Shown: positions 26,401 to 39,166 of the stretch, in pieces
Layout: the number at the start of each line of letters is the position of its first letter
Numbering within the stretch: the first letter of the stretch is position 1
Assembly (NCBI GenBank): GCA_028826165.1
Contig: JAPDFW010000011.1
Location: 124,001 to 188,000 of the forward strand
Direction: 5' to 3'
DNA: 64,000 nt
Source: Anaeramoeba ignava BMAN
Taxonomy: Eukaryota > Protista > Anaeramoebae
The notes under the pieces: generated by a model
What the model was told of the DNA's origin: nothing
The model's database searches: none
What the model saw: only the letters and a program-made list of their open reading frames with translations
Program-made: the position numbers and the translations under genes

Positions 26401-29400
26401 AAATAGTTTTGAGTTTCTGTGGAAATTGATTCCCACTCTGTTTGTTGATCTAGAAACATTCACACTTGACTCTCAAAAATTCGAAATTCAGAATATCATC
26501 AATAAAATAAGACCTTACGGATACAAAACCTTTTCTTTTGGCATCGAAGATACCTTGACCAGGCTTAATAGCTTGATATCCAGAGAATGCCCTGTATTTG
26601 CTGATTATATTTTCAAAGAGGCTTTCGAGAGAATCAGCTCAGAAAATGTTAATAAAATTTTCATTCCAAGAATCCAAAAAATACTCATTCCTTGGTGCAA
26701 GATTGTTCATTTTGATAACGAAAATGTCTATTTTATTGGCAAGGAAAAAGTCAAATCAGTTTTCTTCACAACTCGCTCCTTTCTTGAAAATCTGTTTGAA
26801 ATTACTTCTCATAATCAAATCCTTGCCAAAAACAAAAAAGAATCAAATTTCTTGGTTGATTTATGGGAAGGTTTAGCGCTGGTCGACTTGGATGAATACA
26901 ACTCTAGATATGGAGTGAAGTATACAGAACTTAATAATGAGAATATTTCTGGAGAATCATTAAAACAAAAACAAAAACAAAAACAAAAAAAAACTGAAGG
27001 AATAGACAACGAAAAATTTGCAAATGTTCCAAAACCAAAAGTCATGAATATTGAAAATGATCTAAAAACAAACAAAAACGCGCTCCTAATGTAATCTATT
27101 TCATGATCCACAAACGACCTAAAAGTGCCCTACCAAGAAAAGTGATACTTCGTCTGTACAAATTATTCCCTGAATTCACAATCATTCCTCTGGTTTATCC
27201 GTTTATGCTCAAATATTGGAATGACTGGAAAAAAGTGGATTTCCCAGATACTTTCAACAATATTGACGAGGATGACTGGATTTACGAGCTCACACTGCAA
27301 AGATCACAATTAATAAATTCGCAGATGCAATATGCCCAATTCAATTACGACAATTCTGATTTCACAAACACAGAAATCGATTGTGTGCTTATGGTCATCA
27401 ACGATATTGTTCTTTTTGATATCAAACCGCTTCTTCCTTATTTGCATATTGTTATCAATCATTCCCTGTTACGGATCGGCATGCACGCACTACTTTATTC
27501 CTTTTTCCACATGAGATCTGTTCTGATGTTCCTCGAAGGCATCATCTCGTCTCTTGTTCTTTATTCGTTCCCTCAAGGAAGCAAAGAGTTTCTTAGAAAC
27601 GCTGAGTTGATCAAAAAATTCATTTTCGAATTCCAGAATTCTCACGCTGTATTTTACTTCCGGCTTTAGAGAAGGAGAGCGCCCAGAAACTATACGAAAT
27701 CCGCCAGTCAGATTTATCACCCAAGATCAACTTCCAGATCGAAGATACATCCCTTAATTTGGCAAATTTCATTTCTGTTGTGGATAAGAGCACAGAAAAT
27801 AAAACACAAGACAAAGCACAAAACTTGTTTAGCTTTTTTTCCAAAGCGTCTTTTAAATCCAAAGAGCGGAAAATTAGTATTTTTGATTTCTATTCCCTAG
27901 TCAAAGAATGCCTCGTTTCTGCAAGTCCAGAAATCGCAGAACGCTGTGGAGAATATGCGCTGAAATGGGGATTGTTTTGTGTGGATCCTCTATACTCATT
28001 TGTTTCACTAACACTTTACAACGCTTTCAATTTGCCGCTTGATTCAAATATTTTTGAAAAGCTAATTGATTTTTCTCAATTTCATCTCAATAAATTCATC
28101 AAAGTTTCCACTTCTCTCAAAAATGCGCGTTCTTCTCGCTTTTTAACTACACCCAAATTAGCACCAAAACCAAGCGCCCGCTTCTTGATGATGAAACAAG
28201 ACCAGGAGAATATAGTAATCAAGCCTCTTGAGTATCTATCCAATTTCCTCGATTCTATTTTTTATATTTTGGAAAACATCAACTCCGAAAACACAAAAGA
28301 GTTTTATATCGAGATCTTTTGGGTTGTTGTTGCTCTTCTGCAGTTCCAAAACCCATCAGGAACAAAGATATATCAAAAGGCAGTATTCCTTCTCGATAAG
28401 ATTTTGCACGACAATTTTTTTAAGAAGATGATCGAGCAAGATTTATTGAAATACGACGAACCCAAGGAAGATGATGATACTAAAGTGAAGGTTTTCACAT
28501 TGAATTCATTCTTCTTCAAATTCTCTCAAAATTGGAAGAATCCGTTCGAAGGATTGCAGCCTCTTCTTCTGAAAGGACTCACACTTGATTCAACTCGCAA
28601 AAAAACTCTTTCGATTCTTTTCTTCTTGAATTTTTCTACATGCGATCATCTTGTTGACAAATCCGAAACAAGATATATGACTGCAATCATTCTTCTACTT
28701 ACAAGAATCCATTACATTTCGACTAAATTCCACAAATGGACAAAAGAGAAGCAAGCAAGAATCCGTTTAGAAATCCAGAAAATACTTGCAAAGCTCTCCA
28801 AAACACTTTCCTCTCAGAAACAACTTTCCCAAATTCTCCTCCAATTTTCCACAGAATTTCAAAAAGAGTTTTTCGATGTTGAGCCATATATACCTCTAGT
28901 CTGCAACCAAATAATCTCCATTTTCTTTCCCCAATTTGCCAAAAAAGCATCGGATTTGTTCTATATATTAATCAGTTCTTCTAAATCCCATTTAGCACCC
29001 AGTTTTTTCGAGATATTATTTCATTTACTAGACAAACGCACATCAAAAGATTATCAGGAAAAATTCAATGATATTTTCCATATTGCAATCAGTTTCATTG
29101 ATTCTGCCAACCACAATTATTCTGCAAAACTATTAAATATTCCGATTAATTTTTCTTTGTCAAGAAGAGATCAGTTCCGACAAAGAATTCAAATGAATGT
29201 CTTGGAACATAAATATCTCGAGATTTGGACACACAGTGCAAATGATTGCAAAGATGCTCTTGGTCGAATTCTCCATGTCATCCATCTTGTCAACAACGAA
29301 GAAATTTTACTGGAACCTCCCAATATTCATTCAGAAACATCAATATTAAGTCAAGAGCTACAACAAAAAGGCGAAGAAATTTCCAATGAAAATCCCGAAC

Positions 29401-30584
29401 CACTCGCACCCAAAAAACGTTTATCAGTAGTTGAGAGAATACCTTCTCTTCAGCACACACCAACAAAAATACCTCATTATAGTTCTTTGAGAACCAATTT
29501 GGAAACATTCCAAACACTCTTTAAAATAGAAACCATGAACAAAAACACATTTACCAGTTTTTCAAGTTCAGTAATACCACAAAAGGATTCCAAAAAAGAT
29601 ATTCCTTTGTTAAAAAAAATTGATGAGCAAGAAAAAAAAGTGGATAATGATTTGGTTGAGGAAAAAGATCAAGCAAAACCCCCGCTAAATCAAGAATTGA
29701 ATCGAACCCAAACCCGAACTTCAAATATTCACTCAACCACATCTGGATATGAACAAGAATCTTTAGAACAAAAAAAATTCACTCCAAAGAAAAGTTTGTA
29801 TACATCATTTATGGAAAATTCAAAATTATTCGAATCATTCGATCAAATATTGACACATGAAGATTCTCTTCAATCGTTAGAAAGTCAATTAGATATTGAG
29901 ATTGTTGATGATGAATCAACAGACTTTGGGTTGGATCAATCCAAAAAAGATAAATTTTCAGAAAATTTTGAATCAGACACTTTAAGTGAAGCTGAAAATC
30001 ATTTTGAAAATGAAAATGAAAATCAATTTGAAAATGAAAATGAAAAAGATCTCGATTCTACAGTTGAATTGGAAAACTTTGTTCAGTCATTCCAAGCCAT
30101 AAATTCTAATCTCGAACAAAATACAAAAACTCCATCATTTGAAAATATTTTGGTTGACCCAATTTTACTCAATGATTTCGGGGTTTTTGTTGAGAGAAAT
30201 TTCAAAGATGAAGTAGGTTTATCTCTTGAATTTTATGAAGAAACTTTTACTTATTTAAAACAAGAAGATTCAAATGAGGCATCTTCTCAAGCACAAATTA
30301 TTATGCAAAGGTTTATCGATGAAAAATCGGAAGAACAAATTATATTGAGTGATATTTCTCGAGAAGAAATTTTAATATCTTTTGATTCAGTTCCAAAACA
30401 TCCAGATCGAAACTTATTCGAAAACGCATTGAATGAAACAACTTCAATTCTTCGTGATGCTTTCGAACAATTCGTGAAAACTGCAACTTTCCGAACAGGT
30501 TTGAAAAAGGGAAATTATCAATTCCCAAATTTGGATTATCAACGAAAATTAACGATGAAAAAATTAAATTCCAAATTTTTTTAA
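20426..30584 (+). CDS. Furry/Tao3/MOR2-PAG1-like scaffold with a C-terminal RGS domain; introns 20989-22494 and ~23175-23236; three 1-nt homopolymer frameshifts (~24730, ~27088, ~27652)
   Basis: Roughly 2800-aa helical protein; EIFWVVVALL and FEGLQPLLLKGL match MOR2-PAG1 C-terminal motifs; FLGKNILHP..ELATVCSHSFQQI resembles the N-terminal domain; RGS-like final domain. Confidence 0.72.
21000..22490 (+). repeat. Intronic (AAATAT)n microsatellite containing a degenerate copy of 20100-20970
   Basis: Visible array with embedded collinear fragments of upstream sequence. Confidence 0.9.
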
Positions 30585-30663
30585 ATTTATTTACTTTTTT
30601 TCCCACAAAGAGAAATAAAAAAGTGGAATTCGAAATTTATTATTTAAAATTTAAAATTTAAAA

Positions 30664-32795
30664 TTAATTATGATATTCTTTGAGAATTCTTAATAAAGAA
30701 GAATTTTCATTTAATTGGTAATAATCAACTGCATCTTGAAGATCATCAATTATTGATTGAGAAAGTGATTTGGGAAGTTTGTTTGTGTAAAGAAATTTAA
30801 CTAAAGTTTGAACAGAGTTAAATGATTTTCCACTATAATCATTCACACAATTAGAATTATCAGAAACACTTAAAAACATCCCACGATATAAATCACTTCT
30901 CATTAATAGTACAAATTTATGCACTTTGATTCCTTTTTTTTCCACAATTATCGTGAAATCTTTTGATTCATCGTCTTCATAAATTTCAATAAAAAAATGT
31001 TTCAATTTTTCAACTTGATTATCAGGACTTAAATCAATCGAAAGATCATCAAGAATTGTTTTTACTGCTTCATAATTCTTTGTTCTTCCGGTATAAACCC
31101 AAGTGAAAAAAATATTGCATGTTTCAAGTGTTTGAGTTTTGAAGAAATTGATAAGTTCTTCTGGTTTTTTTTTGAGTATTCTTGTTACAAAAAAAGAATG
31201 CAATTCAAAATTTCCTCCATGACAACTTAATACCAAATCACACTTTTCTTTTCTTTCAAATAATATCCTCAAGTCTTCAATTAATCCTGAATAGAATATT
31301 GACTTTTTGTTTTTAAATAAATGTGAGCAAAAAAAAAATCACATTTCTTTCTTAATAATAATAAAAATTTACAGAAACATCAAAAATATGAATTTGTGAG
31401 GCGTGAGTTGTTCCAAGACAAAGCCAATTTTTGTTAGATACACATGCCCATATTGCGCCCTCAACAGTACTTCCATAAATCTTTTTTTCATTCTTTAAAA
31501 TTTTTTTGTTATTTTTGTTTTCATTCAAATTTAAAAAAAAAATAATTGTTTTTGCAATTTACATTAAGATCATATATTGTAAAATTTCCATTTTCATCTG
31601 ATGTAAATAATTTTGATTGAGTTCTTGAAATGGAAATGATTGGGTTTGAATGTAGACTAATATTTTCTATCAACTTTCCTGTCTTAATTATACAATAAAA
31701 ATAAATAAAAAAATAATTTGAATATTTTAATTGATTTCGAATCAAGTTATCCAATTTTACTTCAAGATCAAATTTCTTGATTAATCCATCAACTGCAGCT
31801 GTTATTGCATAATTCTTATAAAATTCAATAGACCATGTATCTTCTTTATGTTTTTCAAAACTACGAAGTAAAGATAATGTCTGAAATGATTATTTAAATT
31901 AATAAAAAAAATATTTAAATATAAATTTAAATTTTTAAATGAAATTTACTTCAGGATCTCTTTCTTGAATTGCTCCTGATGAAAGACCAAAATATACTAA
32001 GTTATTATGGAATGATATTCCTAATATTTCAGCTTCTAAATTAACTTTCTTTTTGAGTATAAATTGCTTTTTATCCTTTAAACACTTGGAAATATTTTAT
32101 ATTTTGATAAAAAAAAAAGTAAGAAAAATTTTTTCCCAAATCGAAAAAAAAATTTTTTTTTTTTTTGCTTTTTAAAATGAGACTATTTATACAATTTCAT
32201 AAATATGAATATTTCCATTTTGATTTCCTGCAAAAAGTAAATCTTTGTATAAACTAATTTTGAAAAAATAAGAAGAGTAAACTTCAGAATCTTCAATTAA
32301 TAATTCTCCATCCTTTATAAAAAAAAAAATAATAAAATTTAAGTTAAAAATTAAAATTAAAATTAAAAATGAAATTTTTACTTTTTCTTTGAAAGCATAA
32401 AGTTGATAACCACATGCAAATATCATATCTTTATAACGAGCAAGTGAAAAAAGATAACTATTACAGTTTTGACTCCAAATACATTTTTGAGTCTAAACGG
32501 AAAATTTTCTCTTAAATTATGTCACTTTCTTTAATTATAAATTTTTTTTTTTTTTTTGCTTAAAATGAAATTTTACTTGTAAATCCCATTTTTTCAAATT
32601 ATAATCAAAACTAGCTGAAAAAAGTTTATCTTTTTCTAATAATAATGTTCTAATTTCTTGTGTATGCTCCTTTAATATATAAGCTTCTTTTAATTCCTGA
32701 ATAGAATCATCATTTTTCTTTATTAAACAATAAAATTAAATTAAAATAAAATTTTTTAATTTTAAAATCTTTTCAAAACAAACTTCTTCATTCAT
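30664..32795 (-). CDS. Seven-bladed WD40 + tandem BTB/POZ protein; 9 exons
   Basis: Exons 32784-32795, 32577-32717, 32382-32492, 32193-32312, 31950-32075, 31761-31880, 31563-31682, 31373-31492 and 30664-31302 splice in frame at GT-AG; LFSASFDYNLKKWD; BTB motif DFTIIVEKKGIKVHKFVLLMRSDLYRGMF. Confidence 0.88.
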
Positions 32796-32919
32796 TTCCT
32801 TTCAAATTTAATCAAATAATTTTTAATAAAAAAAATGAAAAAAAAAATGATAAAATTTTTTTTCATTTTTTTTCTTTTTTTTTTTTAAAAAATTTATAAT
32901 TTAAAAATTTAAAAAAAAA

Positions 32920-34004
32920 ATGGAAAAACTTTCCCAAAAATTACTTCAAAAAACAAAAGAAAGAGAAGAAATGGAAAAATCAATTGAAGAAATTAATCGA
33001 AAATTAATTAAAAACTTGCGAATTCTTGATGAAAAGCAATTTATGTTTTCAAAAAACACTCAAGAAATTGATTCAAATATTGGATTTATAAAGAATGAAA
33101 ATGAATCATTTGATGAATCAATTTTGAAAGCTATTCCCTCACAAACAAAATTAATACATAATTTACAAAGAAAACAGAGTGTTTTAAGTGAACAAAATAT
33201 GTATTCAAAAAGTTTTTCTGAAAATTATGATAAAGTTTCTTCAGTATTTTTTATATAAAAATAAAAGTTTAAAAAATAACTTGAAAAAATAAATTGAAAA
33301 AATAATTCAAAAAATAGAAAAAAAATCCAGTCAAATTACAAAGAGAAATGGATGAAGTGATAACAAAAGGAATTCCATCACTTGAACAAGATTTAGAAGC
33401 ATTAAAAGAAAAAAATCAAGCAGCGTTATTTAAAATTAATGAACTAAATTCATTCCAAAAAAATCAAGAAGAATTTTATAAAAAAGAATTTGAAACAAAC
33501 ATGAAAATTGTTGAAAATCTTGAAAAACAGACAGAAGAAGTGAATAAAAATATATTCAATTTGGAAGATCTTTTGGATCAATTAACTCAGAAAAAAAATA
33601 AAGTTGAAACAAATGAAAAACAAACTATAAATTTTAAAGCAATTCAACAAAAAGAAAATAATCTTAGATTACTTTCTATGGAAAATCAATCATTGGAAGA
33701 AGAACACAATTCTTTAGCAAAACAATATAAGGAAAAACTTTCTGAACAGCATCATTTGAAAAAACAACAAAGAAAAGTTGCTCAAACTCATCAACTTCAT
33801 ATCTTAGATTTGCAATCTAAATTACTTGAATCAAATAATATTCTTCAAAAACAACAAGAACAACTTGATTTGTTATTAAAAGAAAAATCTAATTTAGAAA
33901 GTTATGCATTACAACCTTCTCTAATACTAATTGGAAGTTTAGTTTCAATTCCAATTTTAGCCAAAATTTTTAAATTGGCAAATTTTTCAATTTATTTTAA
34001 GTGA
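32920..34004 (+). CDS. Coiled-coil protein with a C-terminal hydrophobic anchor (golgin-like, unassigned); one intron ending at 33317
   Basis: Heptad-rich E/K/Q sequence; terminal SLILIGSLVSIPILAKIF. Confidence 0.7.
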
Positions 34005-34133
34005 TAAAATTTTTTTTTTCTTTTTTAAAAAATTTTTTTTAATTTGAAAGAAAATTCTCCACAAAATTATTTTCATTTTTATTTTTATTTTTATTTTTAT
34101 TTTTATTTTTTCTTTCTAAAATTTATTTTTAAC

Positions 34134-36217
34134 ATGATTGATAGTGATGTTTGGAATTTATTACTTATTTTAATTGGTTGTTTTATGTTTCTTTGGGTTG
34201 TTAGATTAACTCGCAGAATATTTCAAATTATTGAGATATCTTTATCAATTTCGAGTAAACAAGTTGCAAGATATGATTATTTTTGTGAAGAGTTTCCAAA
34301 TACCCCAATTTTTTCTCGTTTCCATTATGCAATATTGATTCGGAATCGTGCTCAAGAAATGGATCAAAATAACCATCAAGAATTATTTTCTGTTATTGAT
34401 TTTATTACTTTTTATTCCAAACAATTTTTTATTCATTTAACAAAAAAGGCAGAAATGAAAATACAAGACAAGATTATTCTTAAAAATATTAATGAACAAA
34501 ATAACGAAAATAATGAAAATCATGAAAATGAACAAAATAATAATGAAAATCAACAAAATAATGAAAATCAACAAAATAATGAAAATCAAAATCAAAATCA
34601 ACAAAATAATGAAAATCAACAAAATAATCAAAAATCAAAATCAAAATCAAAATCAAAATCAAAATCAAAATCAAAATCAAAATCAAAATCAAAATCAAAA
34701 TCAAAATCAAAATCAAAATCAAAATCAAAATCAAAATCAAAATCAAAATCAAAATCAAAATCAAAATCAAAATCAAAATCAAAATCAAAATCAAAATCAA
34801 AATCAAAATCAAAATCAAAATCAAAATCAAAATCAAAATCAAAATCAAAATCAAAATCAAAATCAAAATCAAAATCAAAATCGAAAATCAAAATCAAAAT
34901 CAAAATCAAAATCAAAAACCCAAAAAGAAAAAATTATCCATAACAAAAAAGTTCCTTAATAATTTTAAATCTATTCAAATCTTCCTTAAATTTTCAAATC
35001 CAATTTCTCAAACTAAAATACAAATTTTTTGGGGTGTTGATATTAAAGATTTGGAAAACAGAATCTATTCATTTTCCAAATTTTCTAAAATCAAAAAACA
35101 AAGAAAAGCAAAATTAGCAATCAAGAACAAAAACAAAAGAAATCAGAAGAAAATGAAGAAAATGAAGAAAACTAAAAAACAAATGGAAAACATGAAAGAG
35201 AAAAAACAGAGAAAAAATCAAAAAGTTTCAAAAAATACAAATAATTCATCGAAAAAGTATTCTTTATTAAAAGAAGACCAACAAGATATAATAGATAATG
35301 AAACAAAATCAGGAACAGAAAAACAAAAAGAAATTGAATTAGAAATTGAAATGAATTCTTTAAGTGAAGTTGAAGAAAAACCAAAAGAAAACAAGAAGAA
35401 AAAAAAGAAAAAAAAGAACAAAAATATCTTATTAAACCCTGAAGATGTATATATTTGTTCAGATGTGAAAGTATTCCCACAAAATTCAAAAGAAATGCAA
35501 TATTCATCAGAAATATTTCCATTTTCTTTATTTGAACCAAATTTTCAATTCAAATATCAGCAACAATTATCAAAATATTATCCATTAGTGATAATAATCA
35601 AACCAAAAAAAAGTGAGAAATGGACTTCAAAATTCCCTCAATTCGAAAATACAATACATAGTAAAAACCGACTTCAAATGTATAAAGAAAATCAATTTGA
35701 AGAAAAAGAGAAATTGTTAGAAAATGATGAAAGAAATTCGTTAACGGGATATGAAATCGAAGAAGAAATAAAAACAGGAAGATATTTAGAAAAGGAACGT
35801 TCAGAGATTTTACTAGAAAATGATGATGATTACGATGATTATAATTATAATGGAATGAATTATTCAAAAGAGAAAGAAAAGAAAGGAATTGAAGAAATTG
35901 AATTTTTTATTCGAAATCATATTGATCAAGTTAAATTTATTAATTTCAAGATTATTATTATTCATTTTCCAAAAGAATCATTAAATCCTGTTGTTTTACA
36001 CAATTTAGTGGTTATTGATGAGAATATTTATTCAGTAGATGAAGTTTATGGAAATAATGATTTTGATTCAAATGAATGTGTAGTTTGTATGGAAAGAAAA
36101 AGGAATGTAATATTGTTACCATGTCGGCATATGTTTATTTGTAATCTGTGTCTTAAAAATATTGATCGATGTCCAGTTTGTCGAGCTCAATTTAGTTCAC
36201 ATTTTGTTTTTGTTTAA
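34134..36217 (+). CDS. RING-HC E3 ligase (MGRN1/RNF157/LOG2-like C-terminus) with an N-terminal TM and a QN repeat; frameshift within the repeat
   Basis: YSVDEVYG followed by CVVC..LLPCRHMFICNLC..CPVCR; N-terminal WNLLLILIGCFMFLWVV. Confidence 0.8.
34627..34915 (+). repeat. Near-perfect coding (CAAAAT)n, poly-QN
   Basis: Directly visible, about 48 units. Confidence 0.95.
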
Positions 36218-36239
36218 AAATTTTGAAAGGAATTTTTAA

Positions 36240-36690
36240 TTACAATTTTTTATTAAATTTATTATTAAAATTATTATTAAATTTATTATTAAATTATTTA
36301 TAAATTATTATTAAATTTATTATTATTAAAATTATTAATAAAATTATTATTAAAATTATTATTAAATTTATTAATAAAATTATTATTAAAATTATTATTA
36401 AAATTATTATTAAAATTATTATTAAATCTATTATTAAATTTATTATTAAATTTATTAATTAAATTTATTATTAAATTTATTATTAAATTTATTATAAAAT
36501 TATTAATAAATTATTATTAAAATTATTTATAAAATTATTATTAAAATTATTAATAAAATTATTATTAAAATTATTAATAAAATTATTATTAAAATTATTA
36601 TTAAAATTATTAATTAAATTTATTATTAAATTTATTATTAAATTTATTATTAAATTTATTATTAAATTTATTATTAAAATTATTAATAAA
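36240..36690 (+). repeat. Intergenic ~12-bp minisatellite (AAATTATTATTA)n flanked by a direct repeat
   Basis: Visible array; TTTTGAAAGGAATTTTT on both sides. Confidence 0.9.
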
Positions 36691-36737
36691 TTTTTGAAAG
36701 GAATTTTTTCATTTTTTCATTTTTTTTTTTTTAAAAA

Positions 36738-38902
36738 ATGGGACAAAAATTAGTAGCAAAATTTGCATTTCTTCCACCACAAAATGCACCACCACCTGAT
36801 ACAGAAAATGCAACATTTTTAAGAACAAAAAATGGATATCAATTTCCAGTTTTATGGTTTGTATCACATTCTTCAGTTGAAGAACACAGTTCAGATACAA
36901 ATGCAGAACTTGATTACACTGAATCACAAGATGATTTTTCAAATTCAAACTCAGATTTAGATAGTGCTCTTGAAGAGGAAATTAAAGAGGTTAATTTGCA
37001 TGCTGCTGAACAAATTAAACATGAAATGACTAATAGATTTACTATCATTTTTAGTCATGGAAATGCTGAATCAATTACTTTGATTTATTATTGGGCAAAA
37101 AAATTTACTGAAAAAACTAAAACAAATATGTTGTTATATGAATATTCTGGTTATCCTTATGCTGAAGGAGAAGTATATTTTATTTCAAATTAAAATTCAT
37201 TTATAAAATTCAAATTAAAATTAAAATTCATTTTAAAATTAAAATTTAAATTAAAATTCAAATTAAAATTAAAATTTAAATTCATTTTGAAATTAAAATT
37301 TAAATTAATTTTGAAATTAAAATTCATTTATAAAATTCAAATTAAAATTAAAATTCATTTTGAAATTAAAATTAAAATTCATTTATAAAATTACAATTAA
37401 AATTAAAATTCATTTTGAAATTAAAATTAAAATTAATTTTGAAATTAAAATTAAAATTCATTTTGAAATTAAAATTCATTTATAAAATTAAAATTAAAAT
37501 TCATTTTGAAATTAAAATTAAAATTCATTTATTAAAATTAAAATTAAAATTAAAATTCATTTTGAAATTAAAATTAAAATTAAAATTAATTTTGAAATTA
37601 AAATTAAAATTCATTTTGAAATTAAAATTTAAATTCATTTTGAAATTAAAATTTAAATTCATTTTGAAATTAAAATTAAAATTCATTTTGAAATTAAAAT
37701 TCATTTTGAAATTAAAATTCATTTATAAAATTAAAATTAATTTTGAAATTAAAATTAAAATTTAAATTAATTTTGAAATTAAAATTCATTTTGAAATTAA
37801 AATTAAAATTCATTTATAAAATTCATTTATAAAATTCATTTATAAAATTTATAATTAAAATTATAAAAGTGTAGCGAAGAAAATACATACGATTGTGCAG
37901 AAGCAGCATACGATTTCCTTGTTGAAAAAAAAGGAATTCTTCCACAAAATATAGTATTTTTTGGGCATAGTTTAGGATCAGGACCAACAGTACAACTTGC
38001 AATAACAAAAGAATGCGCAGGAGTTATTCTTATGTCTCCACTTCTTTCATGTATGAGAACAATTTCGAAAATGTCGCCAGGATTTGATATTTTTTGTAAC
38101 ATCCAAAAAGTGGATAAAATTCATGTTCCTACTTTGATTCTTCATGGACAAAGTGATATGATTGTCTCTTATTCTCATGGAAAAACCCTATTTGAAACAA
38201 TTAAAAAGGAGTTCCAATACAAACTCATCTTGATTGAAGAAGCAGGTCATAATGATATTGAATCAAATTTCGAAAAAATTTTTTATTCGGAAATTAATGC
38301 CTTTTTAAAACACTTGGAATTGTTTGAACAAAAAAAAAAGAAATCAAAGAAAATCAAGTTGAAAAAAGAAAAAATTAAAAACAATGAGAATTTAACCCAA
38401 AATCAAAGTGAAAATGATGGTTTTAATGTTAATGATATGGATAATGAAAATCAAAATCAAAATCAAAATCAAAATGAAAATCAAAATGAAAATCAAAATC
38501 AAAATGAAAAAGAAAAGAAATGAAAATGAAAATGAAAAAGAAAAAGAAAAAGAAAAAGAAAAAAAGAAACACAAACAAAAAAAACAGAAATATTCAGAAT
38601 CAAATGATTATATTTCATCACTAAGTAATTCATTTTCTGAAAATGATGGCAATTACTTGATTGAAAAGAATAATAAAATTACAATTATAAAAGCTCAAAA
38701 AACTCGAACTGATGATTCAGATTTTATAAAAGAAAATACAGTTAAAATGCCGAATATTGATCAATTGATTGAAAAAAGATATCCAGAAATGGATCATGAT
38801 ATAGTATCACTTAAAATTAATCAATTTTTAGTTCGAGAATGTGATTCTGTAATGAAGAATTATTTTTTTCTTCTTGATGAAGAAAAACAAACAAAGAAAT
38901 GA
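36738..38902 (+). CDS. ABHD17-like alpha/beta hydrolase (depalmitoylase family); intron 37173-37869; frameshift near 38520 in a low-complexity tail
   Basis: AKFAFLPP, IIFSHGNAE, YEYSGY, nucleophile GHSLGSGP, LILHGQSD, EAGHND. Confidence 0.88.
37190..37860 (+). repeat. Intronic compound repeat (AAAATT / AAATTCATTTTG)n
   Basis: Directly visible. Confidence 0.9.
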
Positions 38903-39166
38903 TTTCTTTTTTTTTCTTTCTTTCTTTCTTTCTTTCTTGAATTGAATTGAATTGAATTCATTCCTTTTTTATGGAAAAAGAAAAAGAAAAAGATTCCACA
39001 AATAAATAATGTGGGTTTCCTTCTTTCTGGATTATTATTATTATTATTTTTTGATTTATTTTTTATTATATTTTTTCATTCAAAAAAAAAAAAAAGAATT
39101 GTTTTTTTGGAATTTTAAAAAGAAGATTAAAAAGTTCTCAAATTTTTTTTTTCTTTTAATTTGTGA

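Noticed and set aside
24720-27670. Programmed ribosomal frameshifting or pseudogenisation in the Furry-like, BEACH, RING, DOLPP1 and RCC1-BTB genes
   Set aside because: The breaks I checked are each fixed by one base in an A/T run or microsatellite (e.g. CAC AAA [A]TG, CTA [A]AT GTA, TTT [T]TA CTT) with no shared slippery motif; this is typical long-read consensus error
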